Position numbers and translations under genes: made by a program. From Paraspadella gotoi (taxonomy: Eukaryota; Animalia; Chaetognatha): a stretch of DNA of 64,000 nucleotides. The DNA lies in contig CM119269.1 of NCBI GenBank assembly GCA_051294375.1, positions 10,646,883-10,710,882 of the forward strand, in the 5' to 3' direction. A model generated the notes under the pieces. It was not told the DNA's origin, made no database searches, and worked only from the letters and a program-made list of their open reading frames with translations. This document shows, piece by piece, positions 1 to 43,126 of this stretch. Positions within the stretch are counted from its first letter, which is position 1. The number at the start of each line of letters is the position of its first letter.

Positions 1-285
1 TTCTTTCTTTCTCTTTTCTTATATCTAAGTACATTCTTTCTCTCTTTTCTTTCATTCCTCCCTTTCCTTCTTTTGTGATTTGTTTTTCTCAATCTCCCTA
101 TCTCTCTTTTTCGCTACAACCAATCTGAAACCTTTCTTCGATTCAATCAATGAACTTTTTTTTTTCTTTCTTTTTTCCCCTCTTTTCTTTCTTATTTGAC
201 TTCGCGTCTTTTTCCTTTTCTTTCCCCCGAATCGTTCGGCCCCCTGGTAGGAAATCGAGTCGATCATGCTCAAGAAGAAGTTACT

Positions 286-352
<67 letters not shown>

Positions 353-358
353 GAGAAC

Positions 359-32316
<31,958 letters not shown>

Positions 32317-32696
32317 CTTTGGGGAAAAAGGGGAAGTGGGGTTTGACAAATGAACGTTTTTAATCATGTTATGATATTAATTACTTAAATATAATGTCTG
32401 GGCCTTTTGTGAAATTCGCTCGATATGTTGGGAAAAACGTTTTAAAACGTTTAATTTCAGATTTTAAATTAGTTTCAGCTCTGTTATATAGTAAAAAATT
32501 AACTAGAATAAAAACTATTCAATTAGGCCGATACAATTCTTGATTCTTGAAAACAAATGAATGATTGCATGGATATTTAGTGACAAATTGACAAAGTGAC
32601 AAAGTGTTGAATCCACAATGTCTTTCTTTCTCCTCCGCTTTGACTCCCAAAGCCTTTTGTATTTAAACTTTCGCTCCATTGAGGGCGATTGCGATC

Positions 32697-32756
<60 letters not shown>

Positions 32757-33115
32757 TTCTCTTTCTCTCTCTCTCCCTCTCTTCTTTCTCTACGAGTTGC
32801 AGACAAGTGCGCCCCTACCGGCGGGAAAAACGATGTTGGCCGTTAAAAGCGAAACTGCGTGTCTACGAATCGTTAGTGACAAAAGTGAGAGTGGGAGCAA
32901 GAGAGCTAGAGAGATAGAGACCGAGATACTCTTTGTGCTTCAGATTTTTAACGTCTCTCCTTTCTCTAAAGATATGATTCCCCAGATGAAACTTTGCCTC
33001 ACATTTTCAGTTTATGTCGAGCGTGAAATTCACATTTGATATGAATGAAAATAGTAAGAGGCGCTACAAGAAAACTTGATACTTTGAAGCGTGTCATTCA
33101 AGGATTCCTTTATTT

Positions 33116-33169
<54 letters not shown>

Positions 33170-33969
33170 CGCTTTGGCTCCAACGTTCAAGCCGATGAAA
33201 AAAAAAAGGTAATAACAAAAGGCCTCTACTCGTATCGAGCGAACAACAAAAAACAGGAAAGCGACTTTAAAAGGAGAAAGAGGAGGCAAAGGGAGGAGGA
33301 GGAGGAAGAGGAGGAGGAGGAGGGGGAGGCATTAAGGTCTTCAACGCCTTCATTACGAGCCTGTAGACTGCGCTTCTTTTAGAAAACGTCTTGGCGGCGA
33401 TAACGAAGGTGCAACGCGTTGCTACTCGCTGTCACGCCGGGTCTACTCCGGCAGAAGCCACATTACGTTAGATTACGACGAAAAAAGACTAACGGGCCAT
33501 TCCAAGTTGCCATGGTACGCGGGGAAATCTCACGCGCCCTTAAAGACCCAGAGATGGATGATGTCAGGTCGACCGACTGAATCGACGCGACCCTTCATCT
33601 CAGAGAAGACGCCTCGCCTCTTTTAACGATAACGAAGCAAGCATTGATTTTTGCCAAGAAACAGCTGTCAAAACCTTGACGAATTATTATTTCATCGCAA
33701 TGATTCCATGCTTTCCGTTTTTTGTTTGTTTGTTTTATTTCCATCGCCGGGGAAATATTTTGTTTTCGATTATTTTTTTTTTTCAGTTCTGCTCTTGTTT
33801 TGATTCATCGCCACGCTTTTCCCTTTTCTTCGCTATAAACTTTTCCAAGAGTGCTTTTCCTTGGCTCACGCTCCCTTCGTTCCTTCTTCCCCCCCCATTT
33901 TGTTTAAACCGCCGACGCGATCAAAAGCCAATATATTGAGATAAAACGTTCTACTTTTTTCGTTTTATT

Positions 33970-34001
<32 letters not shown>

Positions 34002-34759
34002 TTTTACTCCCTCCTTTTTTAGCCTTTATTCAATTGTCTTCCCTTTTGTTTTTCGTCAAAGCAAAACTTTTTCAATTAAAAACATTTGCGTCGATAGGCG
34101 GCGCGCGAAAAAGGAGTGAAGGCGCCGGGAGCGTTCCCTGATTAAAGTAGATGGGCTGCTCCTTGAGAGGTTCTTGATTATGGGTTGGAACGGCGTTGCC
34201 CTGGGGATATGCAAGAGAGAAAGAGAGAGAGAGATGAGAGCGAGAGACGGAGCCATATTTCGCTTAATGTCGAGTTATAAAAGGATCAGAGTTCTTCCTA
34301 ATCCCTATCGTAGATTTCAATTTTTTGAGTGTTTTTATAAACGCTTATCATCATTTATTAGAATACTGAATAGTTAAACGAGAGCACAGGGTGTTAATAC
34401 AGAGAAAAAAATGCATTTAATTGTTTTTCTAATAAAGCGATAAAATTTTCTTAAAAAATTTTTATTATTACTTAAAAAACGGAGACTAATGAACAAAAAA
34501 AAATGATTTCATAATTTGAAAGAACGACGAGTTACACAGCCAATAAATTGTAGGGCAAACACAGAGAAAAAACTTGAGTAAAAAAAAAAAATAATGATCA
34601 ATTACATTTCTATGCATCATTGCAACTGTTTGTGAGGAGCCATTAATCACACTTTCTCAATTTTGTTAGCCAATTTTTTAAAAAGGTTTTTCAAAAACTG
34701 TGTTTTTAAAAGAACGAACGAGGCAAAAAAAAAAGGGGGGGAAAGAATAAACAAGTAAA

Positions 34760-35125
34760 TCAACCGTTTTTCTTTTCTTCGTCACTAACGACGCCGGCAT
34801 CAACGACGCCGGCATCAACGCCGCTTTCGTTTACGTCATCGCCGCCTTTGACGACCCCGCCCCCTACATCGGCGCCCCCGTCGTCACCCCCGTCGGCGTC
34901 GCCACTCTTAATTCCATCACCCCCGCCGTAATCAAAGAAAGCCTCGAGCGGCGTCCCTCCCCACTCCTTCTCGATCGCGGCGTCTACGGCGTCGTTTATG
35001 GCGACGGTGAGAAAGCGGCGCCAATCGCCGACAACGCCGGTGCGGAACAAAGAGCGCCCGGCGTTCATTAGCAGTCGAGATTCTTTGGCCGCCTTTACTC
35101 GCGTGAACGCCGTGGCTTCCGCTAT
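34760..35125 (-). CDS. Sulfotransferase coding exon 3 (with stop)
   Basis: tttctttcag| acceptor; IAEATAF...FRTGVVGDWRRFLTV...EEKKNG*. Confidence 0.9.
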   Translation of the reverse strand: MAEATAFTRVKAAKESRLLMNAGRSLFRTGVVGDWRRFLTVAINDAVDAAIEKEWGGTPLEAFFDYGGGDGIKSGDADGGDDGGADVGGGVVKGGDDVNESGVDAGVVDAGVVSDEEKKNG

Positions 35126-36495
35126 CTGAAAGAAACGTGATTAATTAAAGATTATTAATCTTTATTTTTCTTAACTTTAAAAAATACTTTTTTTAGAATG
35201 ATGTCACTTCCAGCGTTCATTTTTGAAAATAAAAGAAGTTAAAATGTATGAAAAATTAAACTTGACTTGACTACCTAGTATCGTCCAACAAATTGTATTA
35301 AAAATTTAAAAAAAAATTAAAACAATTTATTAAGATAACAAAGATACCAACGGACCCCACGATAGAACCGCTCCGAGTAAGGTCGCCCCAGAAACTCGGC
35401 GAGCGCCTCGACCGTCTTCGTCGTCTCCTTCTTCAAAGCCTCGAACGTCACGTGGATCACTCGATCCGCCGCCGCGTTGACGAGGCAATCGACTCCGGTC
35501 ACGTGGCGAACGATCGGCCGCTCGATGGTCGAGTGACCTAGTCCGGCCTCCAGATATTCACGTTCGTACGTCAAGTAGGATCCGTACTGAATTCGAGACG
35601 GACTGGAGAGGAAAAGCGTGGCGAAGTTCTCGAAAGAGTCCGAATAAAAATGGTGTTTGATGGCGAGCATGTGATGGTAGTACGAGACCATCACGTCCTT
35701 GGGATTTCTGGGGGAAAATTGCGAGGATTGTTGTATGGAATATACGGTAACTGTTTCTTTGTTAAGACGCAGTAATCTAATTTTTATTTTGGAGTGACTG
35801 CAAATGTAATTTAAATGTAAGTTAATGATGTATTATATTGAAAAAAACTATGCTTTAGCTGACGTTAATATATCGTTATCAGACGCTCTACATCACGCGT
35901 TATGTTTTAAAACGAAGATAAGATAGAAGTCCTCCACCTACCTCGAAGCTCTAACAATCTTGCAACGTCCCTCCAAAACGCTTCTCGGTAACATATTCAC
36001 GGGCAGATGTGTCAAGATAACCCTCGGCGACCGCATCTTGTCGAAATATTCCTGCGGTCGCGGGAAAAGCTCCAAGAAGCGAACGTATTTGGGCCAAGGA
36101 TCCAGCTTTAACTCTCCACTCAGCAGCATGTGCAGAATCTCGTTCAAGAAGTGATGACCGCATTTTGGGTACGACACGACGATGACGTCGTCGTCTCGGA
36201 CGACCATCTCCGCCAGGCGTCGCACCTGCGCCCGCGAGTCAGCTTGATCGAACCAGGCGATCTCCGGCATCGGAAATCCCTCCTCGGACGTCAAAGTCGT
36301 CGTCGACTGGAGGCCGTCCTCGAAGACCTCGGGACGGCGCCGCAACATCCGGGCGGCGAAGATTCCGGCGCCGCGGACGCCGTTGACTCGGAGGCCGATG
36401 AGGAGGGCGAGGACGACGTCGACGAAGATCTCCAGCGGGAGGCGAAGGGGGGAAAGGAGGAAGAAGAAGAGACGAAATGGATAAAGGAGAGCCAT
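34760..36495 (-). CDS. Cytosolic-fold (SULT1-like, Sulfotransfer_1) sulfotransferase, 423 aa: join(36495-35942, 35707-35356, 35125-34760)
   Basis: gccATGG Kozak context. Motifs: DDVIVVSYPKCG (5'-PSB loop), SPRVILTHLP (catalytic His), RNPKDVMVSYYH (3'-PB, formed across intron 1), (Y/F)ExLK and FRTGVVGDWRRFLT (RKGxxGDW). Introns are GT-AG and in phase; the intron 2 donor (gtccgt) is inferred from phase. Confidence 0.92.
35356..35707 (-). CDS. Sulfotransferase coding exon 2
   Basis: ttttcccccag| acceptor; (R)NPKDVMVSYYHH...AEFLGRPYSERFYRG; donor gtccgt. Confidence 0.9.
35942..36495 (-). CDS. Sulfotransferase coding exon 1
   Basis: ORF 35938-36495; ends AG|gtaggt (phase 2). Confidence 0.92.
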
Positions 36496-36698
36496 GGCGA
36501 TCGAGGGAGAAACGGAGGAATTCCTTCTTTTTTCTTCTTCAGGTTAAAAAAAACAAATTCAATTCGCTTTAAATCGAATTAGGGGAAAAATTATTCGGAA
36601 TCTGCGGGTGAGATGGAAAAAAATATAGGCCCGGGTAAATTGCCTCAACAGGGTAAAAATAATATATAATAATGGTTTTTTAGGTTTTTTTTTAGAAC

Positions 36699-36808
36699 TG
36701 ACATTATCTTGTGAGAGTGTTGGTGGCCTTAAACTACAAAGGCTGTCCAAAGTCTAGGGCAAGATAGCTTATTTATTAAATGAAATCATATTGGTTGTAC
36801 CAATTTCA
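36699..36808 (-). repeat. Copy of an interspersed repeat also present at ~8320-8452, ~9010-9143 and, partially, 21230-21263
   Basis: TGACATTATCTTGTGAGAGTGTTGGTGGCCTTAAACTACAAAGGCTGTCCAAAGTC...GGGCAAGATAGCT...ATATTGGTTGTACC is the diverged reverse complement of the 8.3-kb and 9.0-kb sequence. Confidence 0.8.
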
Positions 36809-37887
36809 GAGAGAGAGAGAGAGATAGAGAAAGAGAGAGAGGTCACTTTCACATTCTCTCTCTCACAATCCTTCACCGCGGGAGATGTTTATATTTCTTT
36901 TTTTTTCTGAAAGAAATTTTTTTTAATATTAATCCCAGCGGGGAGAACAGCCAGAAATCTTCAAGTGGCCGTTGAGTCACAGATTTACTGTCGCTTTACT
37001 CCAAAAATAGTTATAAAAAACTGACAAAATTGACTAAATAATTTAGTTAATTGTAAAATTCGGAACAAGCAAAACATTTTTCTTTCGCAGTTTTTAACTA
37101 TTTCCCAAAAAATAACAAATGAAGCAGGAAAAAGACACAGAGGCAGAGCAGCTAAAAAAACAGAGTTGGACTCAAACTGTTTTGAGTCTGGATCGTGTTT
37201 TCGACGATCAGCTGTTCTCGTTTTGAACTGCGTGAACTGGCTGAAAAATCGAAATGTTTTCCGTTTCTAATTTTGAAAAGTAAAAAAAACGGTTGACAGC
37301 CGATTTTTTAAACATTATAATTGTAAGAATGACATCGAAAAAAATTAATTAAGCAACTAGAATTATCATAGTTAAGAGTGATGTTTGAAAAATTTTGAGA
37401 AATATAAAGACTCCGGGCTAAACACGGAAAGCATCTTAATTTTGTAGCCAACAAAAGATGTCTTATTACGACTGCAATACTGCGAGAATTGGTATTTCCC
37501 AGTGAAATAATTGCATTTTTTCAAATTGACCGATCTATTAATAAATGTTTTTGCTTTTAAAATATATAATTTTTACTAAATGTAACACGTTTCTGGGAAT
37601 AATTCACGATTGTGAGGGTCAGGTGCTGTGACGGTGAAAGACCTCTTTTTCTCTCCTCTTGATTCACGACTGCAGGGCAGAACGAGCGAGAAGTTTTCTC
37701 TATTTTTTTCTTTCACGACCGGAGTGAATTTAATTTTGTTCACGCCCGAAGAGGCAGAATAAAAAAAAACTGATCCCACCTGAAATCCGAGTTGGAAGGA
37801 GAATAAAAAAAAATCGTGAATTTATTCTCGGCGGCGTTCGTCTCAGGCGAAGCGAAAATTCACGGCGCCTTTCTTTACTCGTCCGGC

Positions 37888-37901
37888 GTTGTCATGGCAA
37901 C
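37888..37901. promoter_or_regulatory. RFX X-box (GTTGTCATGGCAAC) in a CpG-rich putative promoter upstream of the sulfotransferase
   Basis: 13/14 match to the palindromic GTTGCCATGGCAAC; about 110 bp from a minus-strand CAG|GTGGGA donor (37779) that could close a 5'-UTR exon. Confidence 0.55.
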
Positions 37902-39113
37902 GGGCGAAGCCGGCTCGAAAAAAAAAAAATAAAATCCCTTTTATTCTCCATTTTTAAAAAATCTTCTTCTAGTTTCCTTTTTTCAGTCCTTATCTCGAAC
38001 TTTTTTAATTAGGCTTCTCACGATTCTCATTCAAACTTTTTTTACGGCGTCAAACCTTAACAATATCCCTCCCCTTTGCTAGAATTCGAACCCTCACTAT
38101 TATCCTTTTTATTTTCACATCACAAACCCACCCGACTCCATTCCTGAGATTCCTCCCCCTCACACCCCGGTGTACTCCACATTTATCTCTTCTTTGCTTC
38201 TCGTCCACATCCCGCTCCCCCGCCCCCTTCCCTCGTCCCTCTCGCGCCACAAAATCTCGAGGCCACATTATCTCCCCCATTTTTCTTTCTGTCTCGCTTC
38301 GTTTTTTCGAGAGCCAGTTGTTGAACCGAGCGTTGGAAGCCGGCGTGGAAAGAAAAAAAAAAGAATTCGACATTGCTTTTTATTTCTTATTTATACAATC
38401 TCGAAATGCTGTTGTAAGTAGTTCTTATAAACACTACGTTCCTTAAGCGCTAAAATCCATTTTAATGCGGTTGTAAATTCTGGTGAAGATTTTTTTCAAC
38501 TAGAAATTTGAGTTATTTCAATGAACGCGTCCCCGGGGAAAGTTTGGCTAAAAAAAAAACAAAAAAAACAAAAAAAAAACGATGCCTTTGGAGAAAGGGA
38601 ATCCATTGTCGTTGTTGTTATTGTTGTTGTTTTTCCTTTTCCCTTCGTCGCCTCATTTTCTCATCGACGTTTTTGAATTTTTTTTTTATTTCGCAAATTT
38701 TTAACGATGTCTTCTTTCAGAGTTAATTAAAAAAAAAGAAGACAGGAGAGTCAAGAAATAAAATAAGAACAAAAAATAGGGAAAAAAATATCCGAAACAT
38801 TTGAATTAGAAAGAAAAAGTGGAGAGCTCGCCGAAGTGCGGCCAGGCAGTGTTAAGGAAAAGAAATGAAAAGAGAAAGGGGTGAAAAAGTGAAGGAACGA
38901 AATTAACAACCAGAAGGGAACGAGGCAAAAAGAGGAACAAGAAAGAACAGAAAGACAAGAAGAGGGAGACCAAGAAAAAGTAAACAAAAAGAGAAGTAGA
39001 AGAAGCGATTTTAAGCAGATAGATAAGGAGAGGGAACGGCCAGAGGCGAGAAAGATAGGAGAAGGTGGAGGTGAGGCGTCGAGGAGGCGTCTCTTTACGG
39101 GTTCTCTCTCTCC

Positions 39114-39173
<60 letters not shown>

Positions 39174-40129
39174 TCCTCTCTCTCTCTCTCTCTCTGCTCT
39201 CCTCTCCGAAGAACGACGATAACGACGACGACAACGACGACAATGATTTATTGTTTGGCCGACCCAGGCGACGCTATGATGCGAAGCGTGGGGGCGATGG
39301 GAGATGAGGTAAGGAAAACGAGAGGTAAGGAGAGGGTACAGCGCGGTAGAAGCCTTGGAATATGGGACTGGTGAGTTTGAGTGAGAGCACGAACAATCAA
39401 AAACATAAAAAACAAAAACATTTTTTGTGTTAAATTTTACTTTTACCAAAGACGTTTCTTTTTCAAATGGAAGAGCAATTGAAATCCTCTTAAAGCACCA
39501 GTTGAGTGCAATTGATAAAGGCTCAAGTGTTTCTTGCAGAATGGGAGAATCGTTGCGTCGTCTAATTGCAGAAACGCGTCACCGAAAAAATGCGAGAGGG
39601 AGTGGCGGAGAGATTTGGAGACTCGAGAAACTAGATGAGAGAGAAAGTCTAAGTGCTGCTCCTTAGAGCCGAGAAAATTTCCGGAGGGATTGGGTATTGG
39701 GAAGAAGGGGAAAGGGGAAAGGGGAAGGCAGGGAAGGATATGTAGATAAGAGACACCTAAGGTAGAGGGAGAAGGGGAAGAGAAGAGAGAAAGGTAAGGT
39801 GATCATAAAGGGAGAGGCAAAAGCGAAAAATGGTTAAATGAGCAAGGCGTAAATTACCATGTAAATGGGAAGACGTAAATTAAAATGGGAAATTTATGAC
39901 TCGACTAAAATTGATCACCAAAGCCAAATACTTATTAAATGAAACGATTACGCCATAAGCCTAAAACCCTACTCAGTCCTCACAAGGAAGTGTCGAACGT
40001 CGGTGAGTCTCACTCCTTCACTGTTTTTGTTTTCAGATTTTTTCTATCGGTTTTTTTTTCTCATGTCAGTTTTTTCCTGTTGAGGAATCTCGTTTGTTTT
40101 GTCTCTCCACGTCGTCGATGGCTAAAGAT

Positions 40130-40206
40130 GGTGAATGAACGTTGAATGATGAATGATGAATGATGAATAATGAACGTTGAATGATGAATGATGAACGTTG
40201 AATGAT
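40130..40206. repeat. (AATGATG/AACGTTG)-type heptanucleotide repeat
   Basis: Direct reading; also seen in the redundant copies at ~48.3 kb and ~58.0 kb. Confidence 0.8.
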
Positions 40207-41352
40207 TCTCTCGATCGCGAATATTAAAATTTACTGAAAGCTAGTAGCTATAAGAGAGCAAATGATTTTCACGTATCACGTTTTAAAACAACCTCTTCTC
40301 TCCGACCTTGACCGACGCGCGACCTTTCCCGCCAAAATCCCTCAACTCGAGAAAGTCACGTGATCCGGGGTCGAGTCGACGAGCGTCACAAGCGAGGACG
40401 TCGCGCCTGATCGTCGCCACCGTGAAAGCCCCCGAACTTTTATCGGATTTCTCAAAAAAAAAAGAAAGAAAAAAAACGAAATAAATCGTTTTTCGATGGA
40501 GGACGAAAACGCGGCGTAAACAAATTGAGGCGGGTAAGGCTCCCCCCCCCACCCCGTCATCTCTCCCGTCGAGCGGATGCGTGTCTTGTCAATCAATGAG
40601 GATCGTGAGAGGGGGAAAGGGTCTCGAGTCCGTCACGTGAGTCCCCTTGGACTTTCAATCAACCCCTCTACACTCGCTGGTGAATTAGAGGGGGGCAGGA
40701 TTAGACGCCTTGGCCCGAACGGATCTTTGTCCGTAGTGCGATTCTTGTCTATAGACTAATTTTCTTTTTTACTAATATTAAATAATTGTAATAGTTGTAA
40801 ATCATCGTCTCATTACAAGCTATATAAAACACATGGAGCATACTGGATTGTCATATTTTGCGTCAATTTTATTTTTGCAAGTTAACAATATTTCTAATAG
40901 ATTGGTAGTTTTTTCCTATTTCCGTGTCCCTCGGTATCAAATAGAATTGTTATATTTTGCAAAGAAAACTTTTTGTATTTCTGCGTTTCGGGCGAAATGT
41001 CACATGTGGTATTTGTAAAAAGTTGGATCATAAATTTTTACATGTTTAAGCCTATCTAACGAGCTACCTACCAACCCCGAAATCAAGCTACCAACCTAAC
41101 GACCAACTCAGCAACCGACTAAACAACAACCGACCGACCAAACTGCCGACCGAGGGGCGTCTCTGCGAAAGATGCGTCGCGAAGAAAATCCACGGATTTA
41201 TGGGGAAACGTTGAGTTTACGAAATCGCTTCGGGGGGACCTCGCCAAAAAAAAAAAAGAAGAGAAAAGAAGAGTGCCGACTAAAAAAGACTAAACATCGA
41301 AGGAAGAGTGAGGGGAGAAGGGGAACTAAGTATTTAAAGAGGAAGGGGTTGA

Positions 41353-41385
<33 letters not shown>

Positions 41386-41528
41386 GAAGAGGAAGAGAAC
41401 AGCGTCGCGAGGGTTAACGCGATTTTAAACCCTTTGCGCGCTTAAACAGATTTATTTCGGGGAAGAGTCACGGGTTCGCCTTCGGAAAAAAAGCGCGAAA
41501 GAGCAGTACGAGAGAGAGAGAAGAGAGA

Positions 41529-41582
<54 letters not shown>

Positions 41583-42144
41583 AGATTGAGAGAGAGGAGA
41601 GAGAGAGACGAGAGGAGAGATGAGAGAGAGGAGAGATCGTAGAGAGAGAGCGGGTCCCAGCACGGCGAGACGATGAGACAGAGAGAGAGAGAGGAGTGAA
41701 GATTCAAGATTTGCCGGAAGTAGCGCGCGCGAGGGGGATGGAGGGCGAAAACTGAGATCGGGAGGTGAGTCTTCGCGGAGTGCCGCTGGGGGGGGCTTCC
41801 GGGCGAAGCTGTGAAGAGGGTAAGGGCGAGGTAAGGCGTTGTCGAAGCGAGGAAAGGCTGAAGCGTGCGGCCGGGTTAATGTAATTTTGGAGCGAGGCAA
41901 GGCTAAGGCATGGCGGGAGTTAAGGCCAATTTTTTTTTTCCTTAAGAAGGCATATTTTGGTTTTAAGAGGCTTTCTAGTAGGAGACTGGCGGAAGCCAGA
42001 AAACGGGGTGATTTAAACCGAACGACTCGATAAATTACTCCTGTAAGGCGAGGGATTACGTACAGGGCGATCATGTCGAGAAAAAAAAACAGTCCTTGAA
42101 AACGGGATGTGGCTTTTTGAGACGATGGCGGAGAGAAGAGAGAG

Positions 42145-42247
<103 letters not shown>

Positions 42248-42372
42248 CGAGAAGAGATGGAGAGAGAAGAGAGAAGAGGAGAGAGCCGTAAAACGATCCT
42301 CCAAAAGGGGGCAACGGATGAGGTCGTCGCCAGCCAAGAAGCCTTGTTTTTTGTTTATCGCCCCACCAGAGA

Positions 42373-42410
<38 letters not shown>

Positions 42411-43126
42411 GAGAGAGAGAGAGAGAGAGAGAGAGACGAGAAAGAGAGAGAAGATGGAGGAGCGGAACAAAAAATCCCCGATCAACACAGTGTTGAAAAA
42501 TATTTGACTCCGAAAATAGAACCCTGTCAATATAATCATGGTGTGGCTCTCGCGAAATGTTTATGGGTTGTCTTTATTGAAGAAAAGGAGCTTCGGGATT
42601 TTTTTTATTCCCTTGGTTTGTTTATCTTCTTCCCATCCGACATCATATATGCAGCCTTAGAGGCTTAAAAATTCTAGTAACGTCTCTGCTCGTGTTGGAT
42701 TTTATACAATCTAAGTACAGACACAGACTAGTAGAATAGAATAGAATAGAATAGAAAACAGATCTAGTAAAATATACAACAGCATGAGCTATTGCTTTTA
42801 AGCTTAATATTACGGATTATTTCTTCCACTCCTCTCTTCTTTATTGTCATCTTTGCCACACCCTTTCCATTGCCACTCTTTCGACGCCCCATCTTCGCTC
42901 CACCGCATTTCATTCCATGCTACACGTCTTTTCGACGGACGAGAGAGGTGGAAGGGGGAAAGGTTTGGTAGGATAGTTGGGCGAGGAGTTCGGTGGTTGG
43001 GGTCGATGGTAGTTGAGGGAAGTAGGGGCGCTCTTTCCCGATCCGACCTTTTTTTCTCTTTTCTATTTTTGAAAAATAAGGGGAAAAAAATATCATCGCA
43101 AAAAAAAAAAAAAAAAGAGAGAGATT

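Noticed and set aside
200-285. Possible next GALNT lectin exon (NFFLSMIDSISYQG) just after the (CT)n tract
   Set aside because: The nearest AG (285-284) gives an immediate TAA in the required phase 0 and no CLD motif follows; the real exon is probably left of the window.
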